A stretch of DNA of 32,000 nucleotides, from positions 1,110,001 through 1,142,000 of the forward strand of contig NC_014729.1 in assembly GCF_000172995.2 (NCBI RefSeq). Direction: 5' to 3'. Within the stretch, counting starts at the first letter, position 1. Each line of letters starts with the position of its first letter. This DNA comes from Halogeometricum borinquense DSM 11551. GTDB lineage: Archaea > Halobacteriota > Halobacteria > Halobacteriales > Haloferacaceae. Positions 1 to 8,924 of this stretch are shown one piece after another. The notes below the pieces were generated by a model that saw nothing but the letters and a program-made list of their open reading frames with translations, did no database searches and was not told the origin of the DNA. A program made the translations under genes and the position numbers.

Positions 1-1353
1 CCCGCCGTCATCGGGACGTACAAGGACCTTTACGACGGGTCGTTCATCGTCCGCTTCGACGACACCGACCCCGAAACGAAGCGCCCCGACTTAGACGCCT
101 ACGATGCCATCTTGGAGGACGTAGAGTACCTCGGCTTCGAACCGGACGAGGTTCTGAGAGCCTCCGACCGGGTCGAGACGTACTACGACCACGCCCGAGA
201 GATCATCGAGATGGGTAAGGCGTACACCTGTTCGTGTTCGGGTGAGGACTTCTCGGAGTTGAAGAACGCAGGCGAACCGTGTCCGCATCGCGATAAAGAC
301 CCCGAGACGACCCGCGAGGAGTTCGAGGCGATGATCGACGGCGAGTACTCCTCCGGCGAGATGGTCCTCCGCATCAAGACCGACATCGAACACAAGAACC
401 CCGCCCTGCGCGACTGGGTGGCGTTCCGGATGGTTGACACGCCGCACCCGCGCGAGGAGGCGGCGGACTACCGGTGCTGGCCGATGCTCGACTTCCAGTC
501 CGGCGTTGACGACCACCTGACGGGCGTCACGCACATCATCCGCGGCATCGACTTGCAGGACTCCGCAAAGCGCCAAGGGTTCCTCTACGACTACTTCGGC
601 TGGGAGTATCCCGAAGTCGTCCACTGGGGCCACGTGCAGGTGGACGCCTACGACGTGAAGATGTCCACTTCGACGCTCAAGGAGAAAATCGAGGCCGGCG
701 AACTCGACGGCTGGGACGACCCGCGCGCACCAACCCTCAAGAGCCTCCGACGCCGCGGTATCCGCGGGTCGGCCATCGTGGATGCGATGCTCGAACTCGG
801 CACCTCCACCTCCGACGTGGACCTGTCGATGTCGGCCATTTACTCGAACAACCGCGATATCGTGGACGACGAGGCAGACCGCTACTTCCTCGTGCGCGAC
901 GGTGAGCGATTCGCCGTCGAAGGCGGACCGGACGCCGGTCATCCGGCGCTTCACCCCGACCACGAGGACCGCGGCGACCGGACCGTTCCGGCGACGGACG
1001 GCGTCCGCATCGAATCCGCGGACGTGCCCGCTTCGGGCGAACGCGTCTGGCTGAAAGGATACGGGTGCGTCCGCCGCGAGGACGACGCCCTCGTCCACAC
1101 CGACGACACCATCGAAGCGGTTCGCTCCGGCGACGTGGACGTGATTCACTGGGCACCCGCCGAGGACAACGTCGCCGTCCGAATGCGGACGATGGAGGGC
1201 GACGTGACCGGTGTCGCCGAACCCGACTTCGCCGACACGGAGACCGACGACGTGGTGCAGTTCGAGCGCATCGGGTTCGTCCGCGTCGATAGCCACGACA
1301 GCGATGCCCGCGACGCGGACGACGAGTCCGTCGTCTACTGGTCGCACAAATAA
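1..1353 (+). CDS. gltX: Glutamyl-tRNA synthetase (archaeal class I GluRS), 5' end cut by the window edge
   Basis: Frame 1 is open from base 1 (PAVIGTYKDLYDGSFIVRFDDTDPETKRP...), upstream of the ORF-track Met at 112. GluRS/GlnRS-type motifs are present: THIIRGIDLQDSAKRQ and the KMSKS-like KMSTS. Confidence 0.9.
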   Translation, partial: PAVIGTYKDLYDGSFIVRFDDTDPETKRPDLDAYDAILEDVEYLGFEPDEVLRASDRVETYYDHAREIIEMGKAYTCSCSGEDFSELKNAGEPCPHRDKDPETTREEFEAMIDGEYSSGEMVLRIKTDIEHKNPALRDWVAFRMVDTPHPREEAADYRCWPMLDFQSGVDDHLTGVTHIIRGIDLQDSAKRQGFLYDYFGWEYPEVVHWGHVQVDAYDVKMSTSTLKEKIEAGELDGWDDPRAPTLKSLRRRGIRGSAIVDAMLELGTSTSDVDLSMSAIYSNNRDIVDDEADRYFLVRDGERFAVEGGPDAGHPALHPDHEDRGDRTVPATDGVRIESADVPASGERVWLKGYGCVRREDDALVHTDDTIEAVRSGDVDVIHWAPAEDNVAVRMRTMEGDVTGVAEPDFADTETDDVVQFERIGFVRVDSHDSDARDADDESVVYWSHK

Positions 1354-1360
1354 GCGGACG

Positions 1361-2017
1361 ATGACCCGACTGGTGGACCTCACGCGACCGGTCGAAACCG
1401 GGATGCCGACGTATCCCGGCGATCCCGACGTGGCCGTGACACCGCATGCGACGCAGGAAGCGGACGGCTACCGCGTCTCTCGTCTCGAACTCGGGACGCA
1501 CACCGGGACGCACATCGACGCCCCGGCGCACACCGAACGCGACGGCGCGACGCTCGATTCGTTCGACGCCGAGCGGTTCCGCTTCGATGCGCGTCTGGTA
1601 GACTGTCGCGGCGTCGGCGCGAACGAGGCCATCGGTTCCGAAGCAGTCCCCGAAACGGATGCGGAGATGCTCGTCTTCCGCACCGGGTGGGAAGCCGAAT
1701 GGGGGACCGACCGGATGACCGAGCATCCGTATCTCGCGCCGGAGACAGCCGAACGGTGCGCTGACGCCGGATACCATGTCGGCATCGACGCGCTCAGTCC
1801 GGATCCAACGGGCGGGAACGAAGCGAGCGACGGCGACGCGGACGGCCACAGCGACGAGTCGGGTGTCCCAGCCCACCACGCACTCCTTGGTGCCGGACTG
1901 CTAATCGTCGAAAATCTCACTAACCTCGGCGCGGTGCCAGAACGGTTCGAGTTACTCGCGCTCCCGTTGTGTGTGGACGCCGACGGCGCGCCCGTGCGGG
2001 CCGTCGCGCGAGTGTAA
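1361..2017 (+). CDS. Putative cyclase / arylformamidase-family protein
   Basis: I set the start at ATG 1361 (MTRLVDLTRPVETGMPTYPGDP), 8 nt after the gltX stop. The ORF-track start at 1211 overlaps gltX and is Arg/Ser-rich. Cyclase-family HxGTHxDxPxH motif present (LGTHTGTHIDAPAH). Confidence 0.8.
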   Translation: MTRLVDLTRPVETGMPTYPGDPDVAVTPHATQEADGYRVSRLELGTHTGTHIDAPAHTERDGATLDSFDAERFRFDARLVDCRGVGANEAIGSEAVPETDAEMLVFRTGWEAEWGTDRMTEHPYLAPETAERCADAGYHVGIDALSPDPTGGNEASDGDADGHSDESGVPAHHALLGAGLLIVENLTNLGAVPERFELLALPLCVDADGAPVRAVARV

Positions 2018-2026
2018 CTGCGGCGC

Positions 2027-2218
2027 TCACGGGTCTCGGTCGAGCGGCCGCGACATTATCACGATTCCAATAGAGAGTCCGGCCAGTGCGACCAACGAGG
2101 ATATGAGCCAGGCGGCGTCGAAGGCAGTAGCCATCCAGATCGCAAAGACGACGAGGAGAATTGCAAACAGGAGGACATCGGTTGAACGGGACATGTGGCT
2201 GCATTCTGTCCCATTCAT
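2027..2218 (-). CDS. Small two-TM membrane protein (hypothetical)
   Basis: 63-aa ORF with two hydrophobic helices (LLFAILLVVFAIWMATAF and LISSLVALAGLSIGIVIM). It lies 24 nt downstream of the DUF456-like gene on the same strand. An alternative start is the internal Met at 2194. No family recognised. Confidence 0.4.
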   Translation of the reverse strand: MNGTECSHMSRSTDVLLFAILLVVFAIWMATAFDAAWLISSLVALAGLSIGIVIMSRPLDRDP

Positions 2219-2242
2219 GTGAATTGTACTGCATTTCCTCCG

Positions 2243-3137
<895 letters not shown>

Positions 3138-3213
3138 ACGCTGTCCGCTCATTCTATCGACAACAATTGTTAAGGAATCAGCAACTCTCCCCAATAGTAG
3201 TGGTGAGTCAACA

Positions 3214-4083
3214 ATGGACACACTTGTGCTGACGAAGGGCGTCCCCGATTTCCGCGAGGGAAAAGTCTCGTTCGACGAGGACGGGCACCTCGAACGCGGA
3301 AAGACGCCGACAGTGATGAACCCAAACGACGAACACGCTTTGCAGGCGGCGTTGCAGACGCGCGTTCAACACGGCGGGAATGTCGCTGTGATGAGCATGG
3401 GTCCGCCGGGATACAAGGACGTACTACAGGAGGCGATGGAGTCAGTGTACGCCGACGAACTCTTCTTAATCTCTGACCGTGAGATGGCCGCTGCCGATAC
3501 GTGGGCGACAGCGATAACGCTCAGCGCCGCTATTGAGGAGATGGGCGTTCCCGACCTCATCTTTGCGGGGTTCAAGACGGCAGACGGGGAGACGGGCCAC
3601 ACCGGTCCGCAGACGTGTTGGTGTCTCGATATGCCGTTGATAACCCACGTCGTCGCGCTCGACGTTGACGAGGATGCGGGCCGCGTCCGCGCGAAGCGAC
3701 TGGTCGAAGGCGACATCTCGGAGATGGAGACGGTGGAGACAGATCTCCCGGCGTTCATCGTCGCCGACCCCGAGTTCGACCCGTCGTATCGAACCGCTCG
3801 ACACCGACTCACGTTGAAGGACCTCCGCGAAACGGCGCGCGAACGTGCTGCGGAGTTCGAAGACGTGCTGACCGTCTGGGACCACGCCGACATCAACGTT
3901 GATCCCGACTACATCGGTCTCGACGGGTCGCCAACAATCGTCTCTTCGGTGGACCCGATTCCGAAGCCCCCGGCTGAACGGGAGGCGACGATGGTGGACC
4001 CCGAGGACGCCGACGCGATGCAATCAGTCGTAGACGAGATGCGTCCGCTTGCGAGCGATGTCGCGGCCGCGGGGGGTGACTGA
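3214..4083 (+). CDS. etfB: Electron transfer flavoprotein beta subunit (EtfB/FixA-like)
   Basis: The start MDTLVLTKGVPDF is preceded by a GGTGA SD-like element. ETF-beta motifs present: NPNDEHALQAAL and LIFAGFKTADGETGHTGPQ. Confidence 0.85.
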   Translation: MDTLVLTKGVPDFREGKVSFDEDGHLERGKTPTVMNPNDEHALQAALQTRVQHGGNVAVMSMGPPGYKDVLQEAMESVYADELFLISDREMAAADTWATAITLSAAIEEMGVPDLIFAGFKTADGETGHTGPQTCWCLDMPLITHVVALDVDEDAGRVRAKRLVEGDISEMETVETDLPAFIVADPEFDPSYRTARHRLTLKDLRETARERAAEFEDVLTVWDHADINVDPDYIGLDGSPTIVSSVDPIPKPPAEREATMVDPEDADAMQSVVDEMRPLASDVAAAGGD

Positions 4084-4085
4084 CC

Positions 4086-5828
4086 GTGACCGACTTCGAC
4101 CCGACCAAGTACGACATCTCCGAACTCGGCCCAGCGATTAAAGATATAGACGACCCCGACGAACTCCGCGAGATTCTGGACGCCGAGAAGGACGGTGAGA
4201 ATCGCGCGGGCGCAATCGCGCTCATCGAGAGTCGCATCGAGAAATTCGAAGAGGACGGCGAGGAGGAGATTGGAGAGATAGACCTCTCGACGATGTCGGC
4301 CGCAGAGGTGGGCAACGCCCTCCAGAACATCGACGACGTAGAGGAACTCGAACGACTCCTCGAAGAGGAATCTGAGGGAGAAGACCGCGACTCGGTGAGT
4401 CGCCTCATTCAGCGCCGACTCGACGCCGTGCAGGGAAGCGAGGAGGAAGAAGAGACGGAGATAGACGACCGGCCGCCGGAAGAACGGCACCCGGACCTCT
4501 CGCATCCGACGCGGGACAAGCGGCACGTCCGCGCGCTTCGCGGCGGGACCTACCGCGACATGTGGGTGTACTGTGAGACGCAGGCGGGCGAACTCGTCTC
4601 TGTCGCCAAGGAAATGCTCGGGAAGGCCCGGCAACTGATGGACGACTACAACGCGGAATATCCAGACGAGGACGACGAACGGGTCGTCGCAGTACTCGTC
4701 GGCGACGACGTGAAGACGCACGCAGACGACGTTATCGCTCTCGGTGCTGACGTGGTCGTCGTTCACGAGGACGAACGCCTCGCGCGCTTCCAACACAAGC
4801 CGTACACCGAAATCGTCTCCGACATGGCCCGTGCCGGTGCGACGCACGAGGATGGGGAAGTCATCGGCGGCCGCGACGAGGAGTGGCGCGACTACGACAA
4901 ACCAAGATACGTCCTCTTCCCGGCGACGAACAACGGCCGTGACCTCTCTGCCCTCGTGCAGGCGGAACTGGACTCGGGTCTCGCAAGCGACTGTTCGGGT
5001 CTGTTCATCGACGAAGAGGTCATCTCGAATCCGGTGAAGACCGGTGCCGCTGGCGAGAAGCGGACGTTCGAGCGCGTCCTACATATGAAGCGTCCCGATT
5101 TCTCGGGGTTCGAGTACTCGACCATTCTCTGTCTGGACAACCCGCGGCGTGAGTTCCATCCGCAGGGAGCGTCCGTCATTCCCGGCAGTTTCGAGGTTCC
5201 CGACCCGGACCCCGAACGAGAGGGACTGATCGTAGACCACGAACTCGAACTGGACGACGAATGGTTCCGCGTCGCCGTCACCGACCACGACAGACTGGAT
5301 GAGGGCGTAGACCTCTCGGGACACGACGTGGTGGTTGCCGTCGGTCGCGGCATCGGTGACGATCCGACCCGCGGGATGGAGTTGGCTCTCGAACTCGCGG
5401 ACGCGTTCGAGGACGCCGATGTCGGCGTCACGCGTGGCATCGTCACCGGGTCGTACTCGTTCGATGCGCACGTCGAGCAGTACACCCAAGAGGAACGACA
5501 GATCGGTGAAACCGGACAGGTCGTCGCGCCGGAACTGTACGTTGCGGCGGGCATCTCCGGCGCAATCCAGCACAAAGTCGGGATGGACGAGTCGGAGACG
5601 GTTGTCGCCATCAACACCGACCCCGAGGCACGCATCCGCGACTTCTCCGATTACTTCATCGAGGGCGACCTGTTCGAGGTGCTTCCCGAACTGACCGAGG
5701 CGGTGAAAAGCGGCTCGTTCGAGTTCGGCACCGCCGCCGAAGAGGCAGCGACGGACGGCGGCGCACAGACAGGCAGCGACATAGAGACAGACGGTGATGG
5801 GCGGTCTGATGGGAGTGAGCGACGATGA
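4086..5828 (+). CDS. etfA: Electron transfer flavoprotein alpha subunit (EtfA/FixB-like) with a roughly 158-aa acidic N-terminal extension
   Basis: GTG start 2 nt after the etfB stop, with SD-like GGGGGTGA about 7 nt upstream. An in-frame TGA at 4077 closes the frame just before it. The C-terminal FAD-binding domain is typical (VAVGRGIG, LYVAAGISGAIQHKVGM, VVAINTDPEA). Confidence 0.8.
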   Translation: MTDFDPTKYDISELGPAIKDIDDPDELREILDAEKDGENRAGAIALIESRIEKFEEDGEEEIGEIDLSTMSAAEVGNALQNIDDVEELERLLEEESEGEDRDSVSRLIQRRLDAVQGSEEEEETEIDDRPPEERHPDLSHPTRDKRHVRALRGGTYRDMWVYCETQAGELVSVAKEMLGKARQLMDDYNAEYPDEDDERVVAVLVGDDVKTHADDVIALGADVVVVHEDERLARFQHKPYTEIVSDMARAGATHEDGEVIGGRDEEWRDYDKPRYVLFPATNNGRDLSALVQAELDSGLASDCSGLFIDEEVISNPVKTGAAGEKRTFERVLHMKRPDFSGFEYSTILCLDNPRREFHPQGASVIPGSFEVPDPDPEREGLIVDHELELDDEWFRVAVTDHDRLDEGVDLSGHDVVVAVGRGIGDDPTRGMELALELADAFEDADVGVTRGIVTGSYSFDAHVEQYTQEERQIGETGQVVAPELYVAAGISGAIQHKVGMDESETVVAINTDPEARIRDFSDYFIEGDLFEVLPELTEAVKSGSFEFGTAAEEAATDGGAQTGSDIETDGDGRSDGSERR

Positions 5829-7492
5829 CAGAACACGAACACTACGAGGCAGTCGTCGTCGGGGCGGGACCCGGCGGGGCCGCGGCGGCGGCGACGCTCG
5901 CGCGATACGGTATCGAAACGTTGGTTCTCGAACGCGGCGTCGAAGCCGGGTCGAAGAACGTCTCCGGCGGTATTATTTACGGCGAGCAGTCCGCGCCGGT
6001 AACCATCGACGATCTGTTCCCGGACTTCCGCGAGGAAGCCGTAGAGCGTCCTGTGACGCGCTACTACCTCCACAACGTCGCTGGCGACAAAGTGGAGACG
6101 ATGGATCTGACGGACCTGCACGAACACGACACCGAGTGGGCCGACGCCGTTCTCCGCCGGAAGATGGACTCGTGGTTAGAAGACCGAGTCCACGAGATGG
6201 CTCGCGAGACGGGCGGCGGTCTGTTAACCGGCGTCCACGTGAACGGATTACTCCGCGACGGCCACGGCGAGATTATCGGCGTCACGACGGACGAACTCGA
6301 ACCGCTGGAGGCGGACGTGATAATCGCCGCTGACGGCGTCAACTCCGAGCTAGCGCGCGATGCGGGCCTGATGGACTGGGATGACCCCGAGGAGTGGTTC
6401 CAAGGCGTGAAGGCCGTCGTGGACCTGCCCCCGGAGACAGTGAACGACCGATTCGCGCTGGAAGAAGACGAGGGTGCCGCCCACCTGTTTTCCGGTGACC
6501 TGTTCAGCGACGTTCGCGGCGGCGGCTTCCTCTACACGAACCGCGATTCGTTGTCGGTCGGGACGGTGTTCCACCTCGATAGCCTCGTGGCCGAACAAGC
6601 CGAACCGCACGAACTCTTAGACGCCCTGTTGACGCATCCACTCTTGGCGCAGTGGTTGGATGACGACTATCACGAACGCGAGTACGCCGCGAAACTCGTC
6701 CCTGACTCGAAGAAAGTAGCGCTCCGGAAACCGTACGCAGAGCGTCTGCTCCTCGTCGGTGACGCCGCGGGGCAGATGCAGGCACAGGGACCGATCATCA
6801 AGGGGATGAACCATGCCGTCACCGCGGGCGCACTCGCCGCCGAGGCGTTCGCACAGGCGAAAGGCCGCAACAAGCCCGATCAAGCAGGAAAACTGTACGC
6901 GCAGAAACTCCGCGAGGAGGGCGTGATGAGCAAACTGCGGCCGCGAGGATACGACCTCGTGCGGACACTCGGCGAGCGCGACGATGTGACGAACGTCGTA
7001 GACTCTGTTCTCAGTTCGCGTCTCGGCCGACTCGGCATCCGCGCTCTCAGCGGCGGCCTCGAACGACTGTACGGATCACCGCGGTTGGCCGCTATCGTGC
7101 CCGACACGCGAACGCCGTACGTGACGCTTCCGACGGTCATCGCCGAGGAACTCGGAACGCACATCGCCGAGACGAATCACGTCGAACCGCCGAGTCTGGA
7201 AGAACGCATCGGCGAGTTGACGTACGATACCGACGTTGGAAATCCCCACATCGTCTTGCGCGATGACTCTTACGAAGCGAGCGGGGCGGCCGTTACCGCC
7301 TGTCCGGTGAGCGCCGAGGACTTCGGCGGCGGATGCTACCGCGACGAGTTCATTCGGACCAATGGCGAGCAAGAACACGTCGTGAGCCTCGACACGCAAC
7401 CTTGCGTGGAGTGTGGGACGTGCGCCATCGTCGCTGATACCGACTGGACTCACCCAAGAGGTGGGAAGGGAGTGGCGTTCGAGGACGGATGA
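5825..7492 (+). CDS. fixC: FixC-type FAD-dependent ETF-quinone oxidoreductase fused to a FixX-type ferredoxin-like domain
   Basis: ATGA overlap with etfA. N-terminal GxGxxG motif (VVVGAGPGGAAAA). The C-terminal roughly 95 aa carry FixX-like motifs: CPVSAEDFGGGCY and CVECGTCAIVA...WTHPRGGKGVAFEDG. Confidence 0.85.
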   Translation: MTEHEHYEAVVVGAGPGGAAAAATLARYGIETLVLERGVEAGSKNVSGGIIYGEQSAPVTIDDLFPDFREEAVERPVTRYYLHNVAGDKVETMDLTDLHEHDTEWADAVLRRKMDSWLEDRVHEMARETGGGLLTGVHVNGLLRDGHGEIIGVTTDELEPLEADVIIAADGVNSELARDAGLMDWDDPEEWFQGVKAVVDLPPETVNDRFALEEDEGAAHLFSGDLFSDVRGGGFLYTNRDSLSVGTVFHLDSLVAEQAEPHELLDALLTHPLLAQWLDDDYHEREYAAKLVPDSKKVALRKPYAERLLLVGDAAGQMQAQGPIIKGMNHAVTAGALAAEAFAQAKGRNKPDQAGKLYAQKLREEGVMSKLRPRGYDLVRTLGERDDVTNVVDSVLSSRLGRLGIRALSGGLERLYGSPRLAAIVPDTRTPYVTLPTVIAEELGTHIAETNHVEPPSLEERIGELTYDTDVGNPHIVLRDDSYEASGAAVTACPVSAEDFGGGCYRDEFIRTNGEQEHVVSLDTQPCVECGTCAIVADTDWTHPRGGKGVAFEDG

Positions 7493-7905
7493 CTGACGAC
7501 GCGGCCGGTGAGTCCGAGCGTTCGGACGAAGACAGTAGACACTCGGCGTACTACGAACAGATCCGCTCGCTGGCGGCCGACGCGCGGGCCGAACGACGGC
7601 GGTTCGAAGCACCGTCGGACGCGACGGCCGAGGAGCGTGCGCTCTCGTACGTCCGAGGGGGTGTCGCACCAGTGACAGGCATCTACGTGGAGGGTCACAC
7701 CGGTGGCGAACACACCCGCTTCTCACAGACGGAACTCGACTTGCTGCACCGAGCGCTGAACGACTGGCTGTCGTTGTACGCTCGGTGCTACGGTGTCGCT
7801 GTTGACCCGGACGCGACAGTTCGGACCGCGGCGGAGATACTCCTCCAAACGCACGACGCCCGTGCTGTCGCCAGATTACTCACCGACGCACCGCCGCGAC
7901 GGTGA
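7489..7905 (+). CDS. Hypothetical protein (138 aa), translationally coupled to fixCX
   Basis: ATGA start/stop overlap with fixCX. Composition is acidic and halophile-like. I recognise no family. Confidence 0.6.
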   Translation: MTDDAAGESERSDEDSRHSAYYEQIRSLAADARAERRRFEAPSDATAEERALSYVRGGVAPVTGIYVEGHTGGEHTRFSQTELDLLHRALNDWLSLYARCYGVAVDPDATVRTAAEILLQTHDARAVARLLTDAPPRR

Positions 7906-7957
7906 GGGCGACGAATAAACATGTCAGAAAAAGCGGGAAAGGATTAACTTTTGATAG

Positions 7958-8710
7958 ATGGTAACACAGGTCATGGATGTAACGGAGACGCTCACGTTCG
8001 ACCACGCAGACCGCAAAGACATCTACGACTACATCGAGAGCCACGGTATCGTCCGCGAAGACGAAGTCAGGCGAGCGCTCAACTTCGAACCGGCCGCGTT
8101 AGGGGCACACCTGACAGTACTCCGACGAGACGGGTACATTCGAAAAGTAGGCGACAAAGTGCAGGTCGCCTACGAGGAGGAAGACGCGCGGATGTTTGAG
8201 GCGGAAGACGGAACCGAGTGTACCATCCGAACCGCCCAACAGGTCGATTTGGACGCTCTCGTGGACGCGATCAAGGAAGTCGCGGAGGAAGGGACGTATA
8301 TCGAAGCCGAGACCGTCGGCGACATGATCGATCACGAGGAGGTCATCCTCCGGCACAACAAGGTACAGTCCCGGATGGTGTTCGTCGCCACCGTCGAAGA
8401 CGAACTCGCCGGGTGGGTCCATCTCGATCTCCCCGAGACCGGAAAACTCCGACACACTGCTGTTCTCACCGTCGGAGCGCGGGCGAAGTTCCGCGGAAAA
8501 GGTATCGGGAGTCGCCTTCTCGAACGCGGCGTCGAGTGGGCGGAGGAACACGGTTTCGAGAAATTGTACAACTCCGTCCCCGCGACGAACGAGGAGGCTA
8601 TCAGTTTCCTCAAAGATCACGGGTGGGAGACTGAGGCGGTCCGTGAGGACCACTACAAGATCGATGACGAGTACGTAGACGAGGTGATGATGGCCGTCAG
8701 GCTTCGCTGA
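7958..8710 (+). CDS. GNAT-family N-acetyltransferase with an N-terminal winged-helix domain
   Basis: The N-terminal roughly 70 aa look wHTH-like (DIYDYIESHGIVREDEVRRAL...LTVLRRDGYIRKVGDKV). The C-terminal part has the GNAT acetyl-CoA motif (RGKGIGSRLLERGVEWAEEHG). The start may instead be ATG 7973, because the AT-rich box at 7943-7952 sits about 27 nt upstream of it. Confidence 0.8.
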   Translation: MVTQVMDVTETLTFDHADRKDIYDYIESHGIVREDEVRRALNFEPAALGAHLTVLRRDGYIRKVGDKVQVAYEEEDARMFEAEDGTECTIRTAQQVDLDALVDAIKEVAEEGTYIEAETVGDMIDHEEVILRHNKVQSRMVFVATVEDELAGWVHLDLPETGKLRHTAVLTVGARAKFRGKGIGSRLLERGVEWAEEHGFEKLYNSVPATNEEAISFLKDHGWETEAVREDHYKIDDEYVDEVMMAVRLR

Positions 8711-8717
8711 CCGGATA

Positions 8718-8879
8718 TCACCAGTTGTCGTCGCCCCCGTCCAACGGTTCGGCGACGACGCCATCCTGCTGGACGAGTACTCGCGCGTGGCCCGCACAGA
8801 CGTCTCTGTCCGCATCCCACGGTACGTAGATTCGGACCGCCGCCCTCTCCTCACATCCCGATTCCGCACACGAGTTCAT
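8718..8879 (-). CDS. Small Cys-containing protein (53 aa), not in the ORF track
   Basis: My own translation gives MNSCAESGCEERAAVRIYVPWDADRDVCAGHARVLVQQDGVVAEPLDGGDDNW. Third codon positions are mostly G/C and the composition is acidic. Possible C-x4-C ... C-x2-H metal site. It lies 45 nt downstream of tmcA on the same strand. Confidence 0.4.
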   Translation of the reverse strand: MNSCAESGCEERAAVRIYVPWDADRDVCAGHARVLVQQDGVVAEPLDGGDDNW

Positions 8880-8924
8880 GCGTCGAGCAACGGCACCGAG
8901 TGACTTCGGCGTATCGCCCGACAG

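Noticed and set aside
91-1383. Long ORFs antisense to, or out of frame with, recognised genes. Examples: 91-1383(-), 737-1879(-), 1920-2729(-), 3909-4847(-), 11186-12049(-), 15335-16615(+), 16686-17867(+), 19237-20319(-), 23860-24639(+), 27514-28194(-).
   Set aside because: These are typical shadow frames of GC-rich DNA. Their translations are Arg/Pro/Gly/Ser-rich and non-acidic, they show no family motifs, and each is fully covered by a gene with clear homology on the other frame or strand.
3162-3171. Perfect 10-bp palindrome AACAATTGTT between the ferredoxin gene and etfB. A second one, GACTGCAGTC, lies at 27346-27355 upstream of mvk.
   Set aside because: Both are too short to be significant on their own, although AT-rich 10-mers are rare in this GC-rich DNA. 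I have no second copy or supporting evidence. They may simply be part of an internal promoter.
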